A stretch of 64,000 nucleotides of DNA from Chiloscyllium plagiosum (Eukaryota). The notes below the pieces were generated by a model. That model was given only the letters and a program-made list of their open reading frames with translations, was not told where the DNA came from and ran no database searches. The stretch is from the NCBI RefSeq assembly GCF_004010195.1, contig NC_057726.1, positions 39,914,083-39,978,082 on the forward strand. The letters run 5' to 3'. How positions within the stretch are numbered: the first letter of the stretch is position 1; each line of letters begins with the position of its first letter. Below, in pieces: positions 26,761-38,817 of this stretch. The translations under genes and the position numbers were made by a program.

Positions 26761-27275
26761 CTTCCTATTAGATGGATGCTGTGAAAGTTGAAAGAGTTCA
26801 GAAAAGATTTACAAAGATATTGCCAGGGTTGGAGCGTTTGGTCTAAAGGGAGAAGCTGAATAGGCTGGGGCTATTTTCCCTGTAGCATCACAGGCTGAGG
26901 AGTGACCCTATAGAGTTTTATGAAATCATGAGGGGCATGGATTGGGTAAATAGACAAGGTCTTTATCCTGGGGTGGGGGACTCCAGAAAGAGGGCATAGG
27001 TTCAGGGTGAGAGGGGAAAGATTTAAAAGGATCCTAAGGGGCAACTTTTTCATGCAGAGGATTGTGCGTGCATGGAATGAGCTGACAGAGGAAGTGTTGT
27101 AGATTGGTACAATTGCAATATAAAAAGGCATCTGGATGTTTATATGAATAGGAAGGATTTAGAGGGATATGGGTCAAGTGCTGGCAAATGGGACTAGATT
27201 AGTTTGGGATATCTGGTCAACTTTGGTTGGACCAAAGGGTCTGTTTCCGTTCTGCACATCTCTCTGACTCTATGA
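26761..27275 (+). mobile_element. CR1 LINE 3' fragment
   Basis: Homologous to 13516-14036. Confidence 0.92.
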
Positions 27276-28456
27276 TTTGAACACTCTCAGCACAGATTAA
27301 TGTTCTTGCTAGCTCTGAGTAGGACACCGAGAGATGGAGACCCTGTTTATTAATTTAAGTGGAAAGAAATTAAGGGCCTTGGGCCTCTGATTTTCTGACT
27401 AGAGCACTTTGCCAGCACCACTTCACAATTGGTGAATCCTATAGGGATGAAGAGTTGGAGCTTAAAAAATATGTATTGATCAGAAAAATGAAATTGATAT
27501 TGGTGAAGTGGTTAAACAAAAAGAAAGTAAGTGTGTACGTGTGGTTATAAAAGGAGTTAATGCTTCAGGTCATTGACCTTTCAGTTTTATGAAAATGCTG
27601 GCTATCGAATGTTGCCCTACCTACTTAGTATTTCTGACATTTGATTTTATTATAAATACCAATATCTTTTGAAATAAAGTATGCTATTGGAAAGGACAAC
27701 TTAGTCCAGTTAGCATATTTTTTCCACTGATCACTAACTGCCTTTTAATGGATTCTGCCACATCTATTCAATCAATGGAGGAAACATGCACTAAAAGCCC
27801 TCCCTCAATCTTGAAAATTCTGCAGCATCTACATTGCTTATATTTTCTCGACTCAAAACCTGTCAGATACATTTTATACATGATGTTATCATGATCACAG
27901 CACAGAGGAGCTAACTGTGTTACATAGAGTATTTGATCATCTTTGTCTACGGTTATTTATATAATGTTCAATCATTCTTAACCAGATCTTTAGCTAGCTT
28001 TTAGATATTCACATTTCCAAACTGCCAGGTTAATGTTAGAATAATAACCTTGTTCGCTGAATTAAGGTTTGCGTGTCTTATCAAGATAATGTTCTACTTA
28101 AAATGAGGTTGTCAAATTAATATGAGTTGGATTAATGAGTCGTGACTGCAACATAACTCTTAAAAAGCAAAGGACCAATTATCCTACTTGAAGCTAGCTG
28201 AATAATTAAAGCCCTGTGAGTGCAAGAATTTCTTCAGTGACCTAAATATTAACACAACAGCATAAAATTCAGAGAGAAGCTGATGTTTCCTCTCCCTGAC
28301 TTTTAAATTGCTGATTTTGCTTGTATCTTGTTTTGTTTTCAGTTAATCTCAATAAAGATTCTCTCTTAATTAATATTTCTAATTTACAAACATAACTTTC
28401 ATTTCAATGGAAATCTGTATTACCTTGTGAGTGATAAGTAACATAAAAGATTAAAA

Positions 28457-28880
28457 AAACTTGCATTTATATAGCGCTTTTCATAGCCACCTGACATTTC
28501 AAATACTTTACAGCTAGCAAAGTACTCAGTTGAAAATTTCATTGTTATAATGTCAAAAACATGCAACCAATTTGTGCACAGAACACCCCACAGAAAACAA
28601 TGTCATAATGACCAAATAATCTGTTTCTGTAATCTTGATTGAGGGATGAATATTGTCCAGGACGCTAACGATAACTTCCATACTGTTCTTTGAAATAATG
28701 TTATGGGACATTTACATCCACCCATATAGGCAAATGGGTCCCCAATATAACATCTTTACCAAAGGACACTACATGCAGCATTGTCAGTTTTGATTTATCC
28801 ATTGAAACTTTGAAATTACACTTTAATCCAGAACTATGTAACTTAGAAGTAAGAAGATTGCGAGCTGAGCAATGGCTGTG
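28457..28880 (-). mobile_element. DeuSINE (SacSINE1-like), near full length, diverged
   Basis: aacttgcatttatatagcgc tail; tgaccaaataatctg...gagggatgaatattg..caggac...cttccatactgttctttgaaataatg Deu-domain-like block. Confidence 0.65.
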
Positions 28881-28986
28881 CTTGTTGTAACAAAGTGGGT
28901 ACTAACTTTGAAACCAAGTTCAACTTTTACAAGGTATATGACAAGTCATAAAAACATTATAAGTAAATATTCTGTGATTTTCTTAC

Positions 28987-29121
28987 ATTTGGTTGGTTCA
29001 TTTGATAATTGTTGATCAGACTGGCATAGTGCCCATTCTCATTCATCAATAATTCATGTTTTCCTTTTTCTTTAATTTTGCCATCCTCTAATAGAAGGAT
29101 TTCATCACAATGTTCTAAATA
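28987..29121 (-). CDS. ABCC12: ABCC12-like exon (135 nt) [45 protein letters not shown]
   Basis: Hand translation; CAG acceptor, GTAAG donor; end of NBD1. Confidence 0.95.
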
Positions 29122-30072
29122 CTGAAGATAACAAAAAAAATTAGATTTGCGTATTAATACAGTTCTTATAATACCGATGCTTATGCATTATGTAAGCCTG
29201 TACGCCTTCTATAAATGCCAGATAATATTGCAGGGTGATAAGATGAAAAGAAGCTGCTTCATATATTCTGAAATGCAGCATGAACAATTCAAACTGTGCG
29301 ACAAAGCAGAATTCATTGCTGGTGCTGGAAATGTTGGAGTCTGCCCATATTTAAAAGGATCCTGTTTGTGCGACATCATTTTATTGAATTTTACATTTCT
29401 GGAAAAGTATCCCTGCCAAGAGAAAGTTGACAATTTTCAATGCAGGCATATTTAACCAGCATTCAGTAGTTAAATAATTTTAAGTTATGATCATTATTTG
29501 ATCATTGTACTCCTTCATCATACCAGCTGGAGTCACTGTTATTTACTTTTTGAGTTGTCAATTATGTCTACATAGACGGAATCTCTTTGATGATGGTACC
29601 ACTTAGGTGCTGGACCATTCAGATATTGTGGGAGACCCAACCTGGTTTCCTGCATTAGGCAGTTTTTACATGGCATTACTGACTTCTGTCACCAAGAGGA
29701 ATCCACCACTGCCAAGACACAAAACATAAATGCTGCAGCACCCAGACGCTCAACACATGAACTGACCTGACAGATATTATCTGAGTGATATCGATGTTCA
29801 TGGCAGTTGTAATTTTCAAAGTAAAATGCAGAGCAGGCTATGTGGTACACGAAGATTATGAGTGAAATTGAGGGGATGGCAAACTTCAAGGACTAACTCT
29901 CAGGTTAAGAAAAAATAGCAAAGATTGTTTATTTGGACTTTTCCAAAGTATGTTTGTTGGTCCTTTCGCCTACCAGTGTGTTTCTGAGGAAATCAAACTC
30001 ATCCCTAAGCTTGCTGAGATAAGGAGAATCCACAAAGGAACATGGGCTGTTTTAGTAGTGTCAGATTCCTTT

Positions 30073-30797
30073 TAGAATCATAGAGAAGTACAGCACAGAA
30101 ACAGACCCTTCGGTCCAACTTGTTTACGCCGACCAGATATCCCAACCCAATCTAGGCCCATATCCCTCCAAACCCTTCCTATTCATATACCCATCCAAAT
30201 GCCTCTTAAATGTTGCAATTGTACCAGCCTCTACCACTTCCTCTGGCAGCTCGTTCCATACACGTACCACTCTCTGTGTGAAAAAGTTGCCCCTTAGATC
30301 TCTTTTATATTTTACCCCTCTCCCCCTAAACCTATGCCCTCTAGTTCTGGACTCCCCTACCCCAGGGAAGAGACTTTGTCTATTTTTCTTACTCATGCCC
30401 CTCATCATTTTATAAACCTCTATAAGATCACCCCTCAGCCTCTGACGCTCCAGGGAAAACAGCCCTAGCCTATTCAACCTCTCCCTATAGCTCAAATTCT
30501 CCAACCCTGGCTACATCCTTGTAAATCTTTTCTGAACCCTTTCATGTTTCACAACATGCACACAATATTCCAACAGTGGCCAAACCAATGTCCTATACGG
30601 CTGTAACATGACCTCCAATTAATAAAGGAAAACATACTAAACGCCTTCTTCACTATCCTATCAACCCATGACTCCACTTTCAAGGAGCTAGGAACCTGCA
30701 CTCCAAGGTCTCTTTGTTCAGCAACACTTCCCTAGGACCTTATCATTAAGTATATAAGTCCTGCAAAAATTTGCTTTCCTAAAATGCAGCACCTCAC
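30073..30797 (-). mobile_element. CR1 LINE 3' fragment
   Basis: ORF 30124..30504 (SYRERLNRLGLFSLE...). Confidence 0.93.
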
Positions 30798-31197
30798 TTT
30801 TGATGATAGGCAGTGATTGAAAAAAGTACAAAAGCATGCACAGTAGTTCCAAAAACATGAACCACTTTAAATGCAACAGAGGATTGCATGAAGGCTAAAA
30901 ATGTTCACATTTGCTGTCAAATTAATTGATTTCATTTCCATTGGAACACAGTACCCAGGAGGTATTCTGTACTGTTGGTGGTGACCTTTTTTTAAAACAA
31001 GTTGTTAGGCCACTCGAAGCTGAATTTTTCTGGTTCCCTTCTTACCTATCTTCATCCTTCAGCTCAGTTAGACTCGAAACGTCAGCTCTTTTCTCTCCTT
31101 ACAGATGCTGCCAGACCTGCTGAGATTTTCCAGCATTTTCTCTTTTGGTTGGAGCTACTCACCCTGTCTGTCTCACATACAAATTTTTTTTGGTTTA

Positions 31198-32341
31198 TCA
31201 TAGAGTCATGGAGTCATACAGATGTACAGCATGGAAATGAGCCCTTCGGTCCAACTCGTCCATTCCGACCAGATATCCCAACCCAATCTAGTCCCACCTG
31301 CCAGCACCCGGCCCATATCCCTCCAAACCCTTCTTATTCATATACCCATCCAGATGCCTTTTAAATGTTGTAATTGTACCAGCCTCCACCACTTCCTCTG
31401 CCAGCTCATTCCACCCTCTGTGTGAAAAGATTGCTGCTTAGGTCTCTTTTATATCTTTCCCCTCTCACCCTAAACCCATGCCCTCTAGTTCTGGACTCCA
31501 CCGCCCCAGTGAAAAGACTTTTTCTATTTATCCTATCCATGCCTCTCATGATGTTGTAAACCTCTATAATGTCACCCCTCAGCCTCTGATGCTCCAGGGA
31601 AAACAGCCCTAGCCTATTCAACTCAAATCCTTCAACCCTGGCAACCTTTTCTGAAACCTTTCAAGTTTCACAACGTCTTTCACAATATTCCAATAGTGGC
31701 CTAACCAATGTACTGTACAGCTGCAACATGACCTCCCAACTCCTGTATTCAATACTCTGACCAGCAACATTTCCCTAGGACCTTACCATTAAGTATATAA
31801 GTCCTGCTAAAATTTGCTTTCCTAAAATGCAGCACCTCACTTTTGATGATAGGCAGTGATTGAAACCTTTCAAGTTTCACAACATCTTTCGCAATATTCC
31901 AACAGTGGCCTAACGAATGTCCTGTACAGCCGCAACATGACCTCCCAACTCCTGTACTCAATACTCTGACCAATAAAGGAAAGCATACCAAACACCTTCT
32001 TCACTATCCTATCTACTTGTGACTCCACTTCCAAAGAGCTATGAACCTGCACTCCAAGGTCTCTTTGTTCAGCAACACTCCCTAGGACCTTACCATTAAG
32101 TGTATAAGTCCTGCTAAGATTTGCTTTTCCAAAATGCAACACCTCACATTTATCTGAATTAAACTTCATCTGCCACTTCTTAGCCCATTAGCCCATCTGA
32201 TCAAGATCCTGTTGTAATCTGAGATAATCTTCTTCGCTGTCCACTACACCTCCAATTTTGGTGTCATCTGCAAACTTACTAACTATACCTATTATGCTCA
32301 CATTCAAATTATTTATATACATGATGAAAATTAGTGGACCC
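31198..32341 (-). mobile_element. CR1 LINE 3' fragment with internal duplication and templated insert
   Basis: ORFs 31406..31621 and 31870..32169; tail at 31198-31220. Confidence 0.92.
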
Positions 32342-32744
32342 TTTTACCATGGTGGTTTCTATTATCTCATTGTTAAATGGTTCCTTTCTTTTTAAACTTC
32401 ACTGGTTCACATGTACTTTCAGATTATTCTAATAACCTGTGTGTGTTTTTGTCTTTTTCCTTTGCCTTTAGTCTTTATTTTATTTGCTCTTATATGGTTC
32501 ATGTCTAATATTTCCCAGAAACAACATGTGTCCTTGTTTGAAACACAGTTCACTGAATGGACCTGTAGAGTGTTTCCTGTGCTTTCTGTCTTTGTATTTG
32601 CTTTCTCATCACCAATAACATCATATTTCTGGTGTAGTCTGAGAGAATGTGAGCCAAATTTTCACAGCTTGTATACATTTGATGGTAAACCTGCAATTCA
32701 AAATCTCATTCCCTTCTACCATGACAAATGTAAACGTTTCATTA

Positions 32745-33035
<291 letters not shown>

Positions 33036-33053
33036 TTAAAAATAGTTTCTTAC

Positions 33054-33126
33054 TTCAGTTAAATCACCAAAAGGGAGTATGTCCAAGTCCTGTTCTAGAC
33101 TGCAGACTTCAATCACATTTTTATAC
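33054..33126 (-). CDS. ABCC12: ABCC12-like exon (73 nt) YKNVIEVCSLEQDLDILPFGDLTE
   Basis: Hand translation; CAG acceptor, GTAAG donor; phase 2 to 0 matches neighbours. Confidence 0.96.
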
Positions 33127-33528
33127 CTGTAGATTAATGAAGAAGTTAAATGCAATGTTCCAAAATTGACTGATTGTTAATTTTTAAATATAAGCATGTA
33201 CTAAGCTAGTGCAATCACAAAGAACAATGCATTCCTCAGTCACATATAGCAATCACAAGATGCAACATATCCCCAAGATAAAGGCAACAAAATGCTCAAC
33301 CATTTGGTACAACACATCTATAAGCTACAAGTACCAAAGGCTAGGTGTTATAACATAGCCAGAATACCTAGATGTCCTCCAAAGCAGAGAAGTCTCAGGA
33401 TGTATTCAATCGAATCAAAAGCCAATAGTTCCACCAGAAAATAAATGCTTCATTGAAAACAAAGGCAGAGGAGGTCATCACCAACTTAAGTAAATAATTG
33501 GTGTAGTGATTGGAACCAGGGCCAGGTC

Positions 33529-34916
33529 GATCAGTGAGTCTGACCTGGGTGGTGGGCAAGTTGTTGGAAGGAAACCTGAGGGACAGAATGTACATGTATT
33601 TGGAAAGGCAAGGACTGATTAGGGATAGTCAACATGGCTTTGTGCATGGGAAATCATGGCTCACAAACTTGATTGAGTTTTTTGAAGAAGTAACAAAGAG
33701 GATTGATGAGGGCAGAGCAGTAGATGTGATCTATATGGACTGCAGTATTGCGTTTGACAAGGTTCCCCATGGGAGACTGATTAGCAAGGTTAGATATCAT
33801 GGGATACAGGGAGAACTAGCCATTTGGATACAGAACTGGCTCAAAGGTAGAAGACAGAGGGTGGTGGTGGAGGGTTGTTTTTCAGACTGGAAGCATGTGA
33901 CCAGTGGAATGCCACAAGGATTGGTGCTGGGTCCTCTACTTTTTGTCATTTACATAAATGATTTGAATGCAAGCATAAGAGGTACAGTTAGTATGTTTGC
34001 AGATGACACCAAAATTGGAGGTGTTGTGGACAGCGAAGAGGTTACCTCAGATTACAACAGGATCTTGACCAGATGGGCCAATGGGCTGAAAAGTGGCAGA
34101 TGGAGTTTAATTCAGATAAATGCAAGGTGCTGCATTTTGGGAAAGCAAACCTTAGCAGGACTTATACACTTAATGGTAAGGTCCTACGGAGCGTTGCTGA
34201 ACAAAGAGACCTTGGAGTGCAGGTTCATAGCTCCTTGGAAGTGGAGTCACAGGTAGATAGGATAGTGAAGAAGGCGTTTGGTATGCTTTCCTTTATTGGT
34301 CAGAGTATTGAGTACAGGAGTTGGGAGGTCATGTTGCGGCTGTACAGGACATTGGTTAGGCCACTGTTGGAATATTGCGTGCAATTCTGATCTCCTTCCT
34401 ATTGGAAAGATGTTGTGAAACTTGAAAGGGTTCAGAAAAGATTTACAAGGATGTTGCCAGGGTTGGAGGATTTGAGCTATAGGGAGAGGCTGAACAGGCT
34501 GGGGCTGTTTTCTCTGGAGCGTCGGAGGCTGAGGGGTGACCTTATAGAGGTTTACAAAATTATGAGGGGCAAGGATAGGGTAAATAGACAAAGTATTTTC
34601 CCTGGGGTCGGGGAGTCCAGAACTAGAGGGCATAGGTTTAGGGTGAGAGGGGAAAGATATAAAAGAGACCTAAGGGGCAACTTTTTCACATAGAGGGTGG
34701 TACATGTATGGAACGAGCTGCTAGAAGAAGTGGGGGAGGCTGGTACAATTGCAACATATAAGAGGCATTTGAATGGTATATGAATAGGAAGGGTTTGGAG
34801 GGATATGGGCTGGGTGCTGGCAGGTGGGACAAGATTGGTTAGGGATATCTGGTCAGCATGGACAGGTTGGACCGAAGGGTCTGTTTCCATGTGGTACATC
34901 TCTATGACTCTATGAC
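33529..34916 (+). mobile_element. Young CR1 LINE, RT to 3' tail
   Basis: ORFs 33510..34693 with FADDTK; ctctatgactctatga tail. Confidence 0.95.
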
Positions 34917-34917
34917 A

Positions 34918-35110
34918 ATGAGATCCTTTTTTGGGGTTGTTAAAATGGGCTAACCAAGAAGTCCTGGCTGACAGATGTAAACAAGAGATTCAGAAAGTCT
35001 CCTCAGTCCAGGGACTAGCTTTGAGCTGACTGGCCAGAGCCCATGGACTGAGCACATGGAAATAAAGGATGACTTGTTGGCAGTGTTCAGGCCTTTGTGC
35101 AGTTATTTCA
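34918..35110 (+). mobile_element. Possible LTR remnant (AATAAA ... gttatttca end); a related minus-strand piece lies at ~57692-57884
   Basis: Both loci end in aaataaagg...gttatttca in opposite orientations. Confidence 0.35.
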
Positions 35111-35564
35111 GCTAGAGAGATGGGTTATGATCCTGTATGCTCTCAACTTGCAGTATAGACAATGATAGGCTTTTTACTTTTAGCAGAGTCTTTTTACCTG
35201 ATGAAGCATCAGTTAGGTTAGTTCCCACAACATAAGAATGAGACAAGGGTAACATCATACTGAAAGGTTCAATCGATAATTATTACAACTCCTCGTATTG
35301 ACATATAGTATAATAATAGACATTGCTAGTCTGGGCTAAAATTGATTAATTTTGTTAAAACTGTAGCATGCTTCTCTCAGCACATCATATTTCAAGTGGC
35401 CCCAGTAAGGTGGAGGCCAAGATCTTAATACCATCAGCGCACACGCTATGCTGCAGTAATGATATCATAAGCGTGTCTCTTCGTGGTATATTGCATACTA
35501 GCTGTGTGATGTAATTCAACAGGTTGAACAGTGTTTTGCCTTATACCCAACGGAGAGCGTAGTC

Positions 35565-36990
35565 ACCATAGAAATACAGAAAGGAGAAGCAGCAGACTGT
35601 CATTGGCCCATCGAGTTTGCACTGCCATTCAACATTATCATGGCTCATTCTCTATCTCAATGCCCCATACCTCTCATCTTTCCCCATACCACTTGACATC
35701 TTTTGTCTCTAGAAATCTTTCTATTTCTTTCTTAAATATATTCAGCCACTTGGGTTCCAAAACCTACTGTTTCTGAAAATTCTACACGTTCGCCAACCTC
35801 TGAGTGCAAGAAATCCCTCTCATTTCAGTCCAAAATGGCTTGTACTGAGACCTTGATGCCTTGATCTGGCACCATCCCTGCATACAGTTTGTCCAGCCCT
35901 GTCAAAATTTTATATGTTCCAATGTGATCATTCTCATTCTTCGAAACTGCAGTGAGTACAGAAATTAAAATAAGAAAGTGGTGGAGAAGCTCAGCAGCTC
36001 TTGCAGCATCCATAGAGACAGAAACAAAATCAATGTTTTGAGTTCAATATGACCATTTTTTTGATTTCAGATCTCCAGCATCCACAGTATTTTGCTTTTA
36101 TTTGCAGTGAATAAAGGCACAATCAACCCTGTCTCTACTCATCTACCTGCCAAACTATTTGTTGCACCTACATGCTTATTTCAATGACCAGTGTACCAGA
36201 CAAAAACAGAAATTACTGGGAAAGCTCACCAGGTCTGGCAGCATTTGCTGGCAGAGAAAACAAAGTTAACGTTACGCGTCCAGTGACCCTTCTTTAGAAC
36301 CCCACTTGTCACTGCCTCCAAATCTGAAAACTATCCACAAACAGGTATCCTGTCTGCTATCTAATCCATGCTCATATTTCACCACCAATGCAATGGTTTT
36401 GGACGCTACCCTTTCAGTTGGGGCTTTGTCAAAAGCTTTCTGAAAATCCAATTATATTACATCAATATGTTCTTCGTTATCTATTCAACAGGCTTTATCC
36501 ACAAAAACTACAAAAGATTTATCAACATTTTTCCCTTTAATAAATTCATGTAATTCTGTTGGCATTTTTTAAATGTCCTGTTGTCACATCCTTTGTAATA
36601 GACTCCAGCATTTTCCCTACGACTGATGTTCGGCTAATTGGTTTGTAATTCCTCGTTTTCCCCCTTTGTCCTTTCTGAAACAATGGGTTTCAATTGTGAC
36701 CCTTCAATCTACTGGGATTCTTCCAGAATCTACTGAATTTTGGAACTTGCCAACCAATGCATAAATTATTTCCACAGTCACCTTTGTTAGTACACTGACA
36801 TGTAGGTTATAAGACCCCAGGGATTATCAGTTTTCATTTCCATGAATTTCTCTTGTACTTTTTTTTAACTAATACTAATCTCCTGCAATTCCTCATTCCC
36901 AATAGATCCTTGTTTCCCTAGCATTCCTATGGATTTATTTGTGTCTTCATATCTGTGAACAGAACTAAACTAGCTGATTAACCTCTCTGC
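35565..36990 (-). mobile_element. Old CR1-like LINE with nested PLE-like terminal fragments (~35970-36100, ~36200-36300)
   Basis: CR1 3' head catagaaatac...cattggccca; RT remnants tcaaaagctttctgaaaatccaa and gactgatgttcggctaattggtttgtaatt. Confidence 0.6.
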
Positions 36991-37039
36991 CATTTCTATG
37001 TTCATTTCAGGATATATGTAAGGGCCAACAATTCTGTTT

Positions 37040-38610
37040 ACGCCAGAAGCTCAACATACCAAATGTCATAATGGAAGAGATCAATTCTGAACCCACAGTA
37101 AAGGAGCTTGGCAAAGGTATTGATTTGCTTGCCTATGCCACCTAAACTCAAATACAAGAAACCAGCATTGGCACTTACTCCTCTGTCTCTGCTGGAGGCA
37201 GGGGCAATGCTCCAGGATATTCATAATACAAACTTGTGATGCAGTATAGGAACAAGTGTGACCTCAGTGATTTCAACAATTATTGAGGCATGTCCCTATT
37301 GAGCATTGTGAGGAAAGTGTTTTCCCCTGTAGTTCCTATCAGTTTGTAGATCTTGGCTAAATGCATCCACCTCAAATCCTAGGAAGGTTGCAGAACCGAC
37401 AGATTCCACAATTGACATTGAGAAATGCTGTGAACACGAAAGCAATTAACCATCTGAGCTGAGGTGGCCTAATTAAGCTACTGGAGAAAATTGGCTGATC
37501 TGCAAAAAGCTCATTGTAATTTCCTCTTTCTGTGATAACATTATAGGTAAGATCAGCTAAGGCAACATTGAAATGCTGTTAGACCCACAATAGCATCAAA
37601 CAAGGTTACAGTCTGGCATCACATCTATTTCGTATATTCTTCTGCCTGCTAATGTTATATGCTTTCAGTTCATTTTCAGAGGTTGTTTATTTATATACCA
37701 GAACTGACAGAATGCTCTTCAGCCTTGCATGCCTGAGATGCAAGACAAAGGTGTACCAAGATCACCTCAAAGAGTTGCTTTACACTGACGATGCCGCAGT
37801 AACATTCTGCTGACAAACATCTTCAGCAGCAAGTAACCTAGATTTTCTCACATCTGTAAAAAGTTTGATTTGATCGTCAAGCTTGGGAAGACAACTATCA
37901 TGGTCCAGGATGTTGCCAAGCTGCCATTTGTCAGCATTGTCAATGTCAGTTCATTGTCATGGTTGGTGATAGCTTCACACATCTAAGCTCCAGCAATCTG
38001 TCATGTGCTGCTACATGCACATTACAATTGCTGTCATGTTCAAGCTGAGTGACATAGTGTGGAACACAGGAGCAATTTGATGCAGAACAATAATTTGTGG
38101 GTCTATTAAAGGTGCACCTTAAAACTGCACCTCCCTCTGCAGAAGTGAGATCTGGACAACGTATGCAAGGCAGGAGAAAAGCTTGAACAGTTTCTGCCTT
38201 CACTATCTTCGATGTATTATTGATTTCTCTTGGTCAGACAAAGTCACCAACTCAGATGTCCTCAAACATGCTAATTGTTTCTGGTTAAACCACATTATTA
38301 GATGGATGGCAGTCTAAAATCAAAGACTCTCTGGTGAATTGACTACTGGATTGTGATCCTCTGATTTCCATGCCTCCACTGCCAAGGACACCTGCAAATG
38401 AGGTATGAAGACAACGCACATTAACACTGTTAAATGGAAGATAGTTGCTGCTGTATGTAATCTCGAGAGAATGACTGATTACGGGGGTATTGGTAAAGAT
38501 CAACAGAAATGGACAGCTCAACTGACCAAGGAGTGATCCCAAAGAAAACAGGGTCCAATAATTCATACAGCTACTCAGTCCACTGTATTCTTCTGCAGCA
38601 AATACGACAG
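37040..38610 (+). mobile_element. Degenerate RTE-clade LINE
   Basis: Remnants NNY*GMSLLSIVRKVF, IKQGYSLA and LLYTDDAAV; C-terminal FCSKY knuckle-like end. Confidence 0.7.
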
Positions 38611-38817
38611 AGGCTTCTAAATGAGATCCTGGAGCCTCCTACAAATACCTAGGAGCTGTTTCAGAGAGTTCGGCTGATGTCAAACAGCGACTGGAGGAGC
38701 AGCGGTGAAGGAACAAGAAGAAGAGAGAAAGATGAACTGGACAACAGTAAAATCCTGCATTATATTCAATACTTCATGACAACACTGGAGTGTGGTGACA
38801 CTTTATGTACAACAGCA

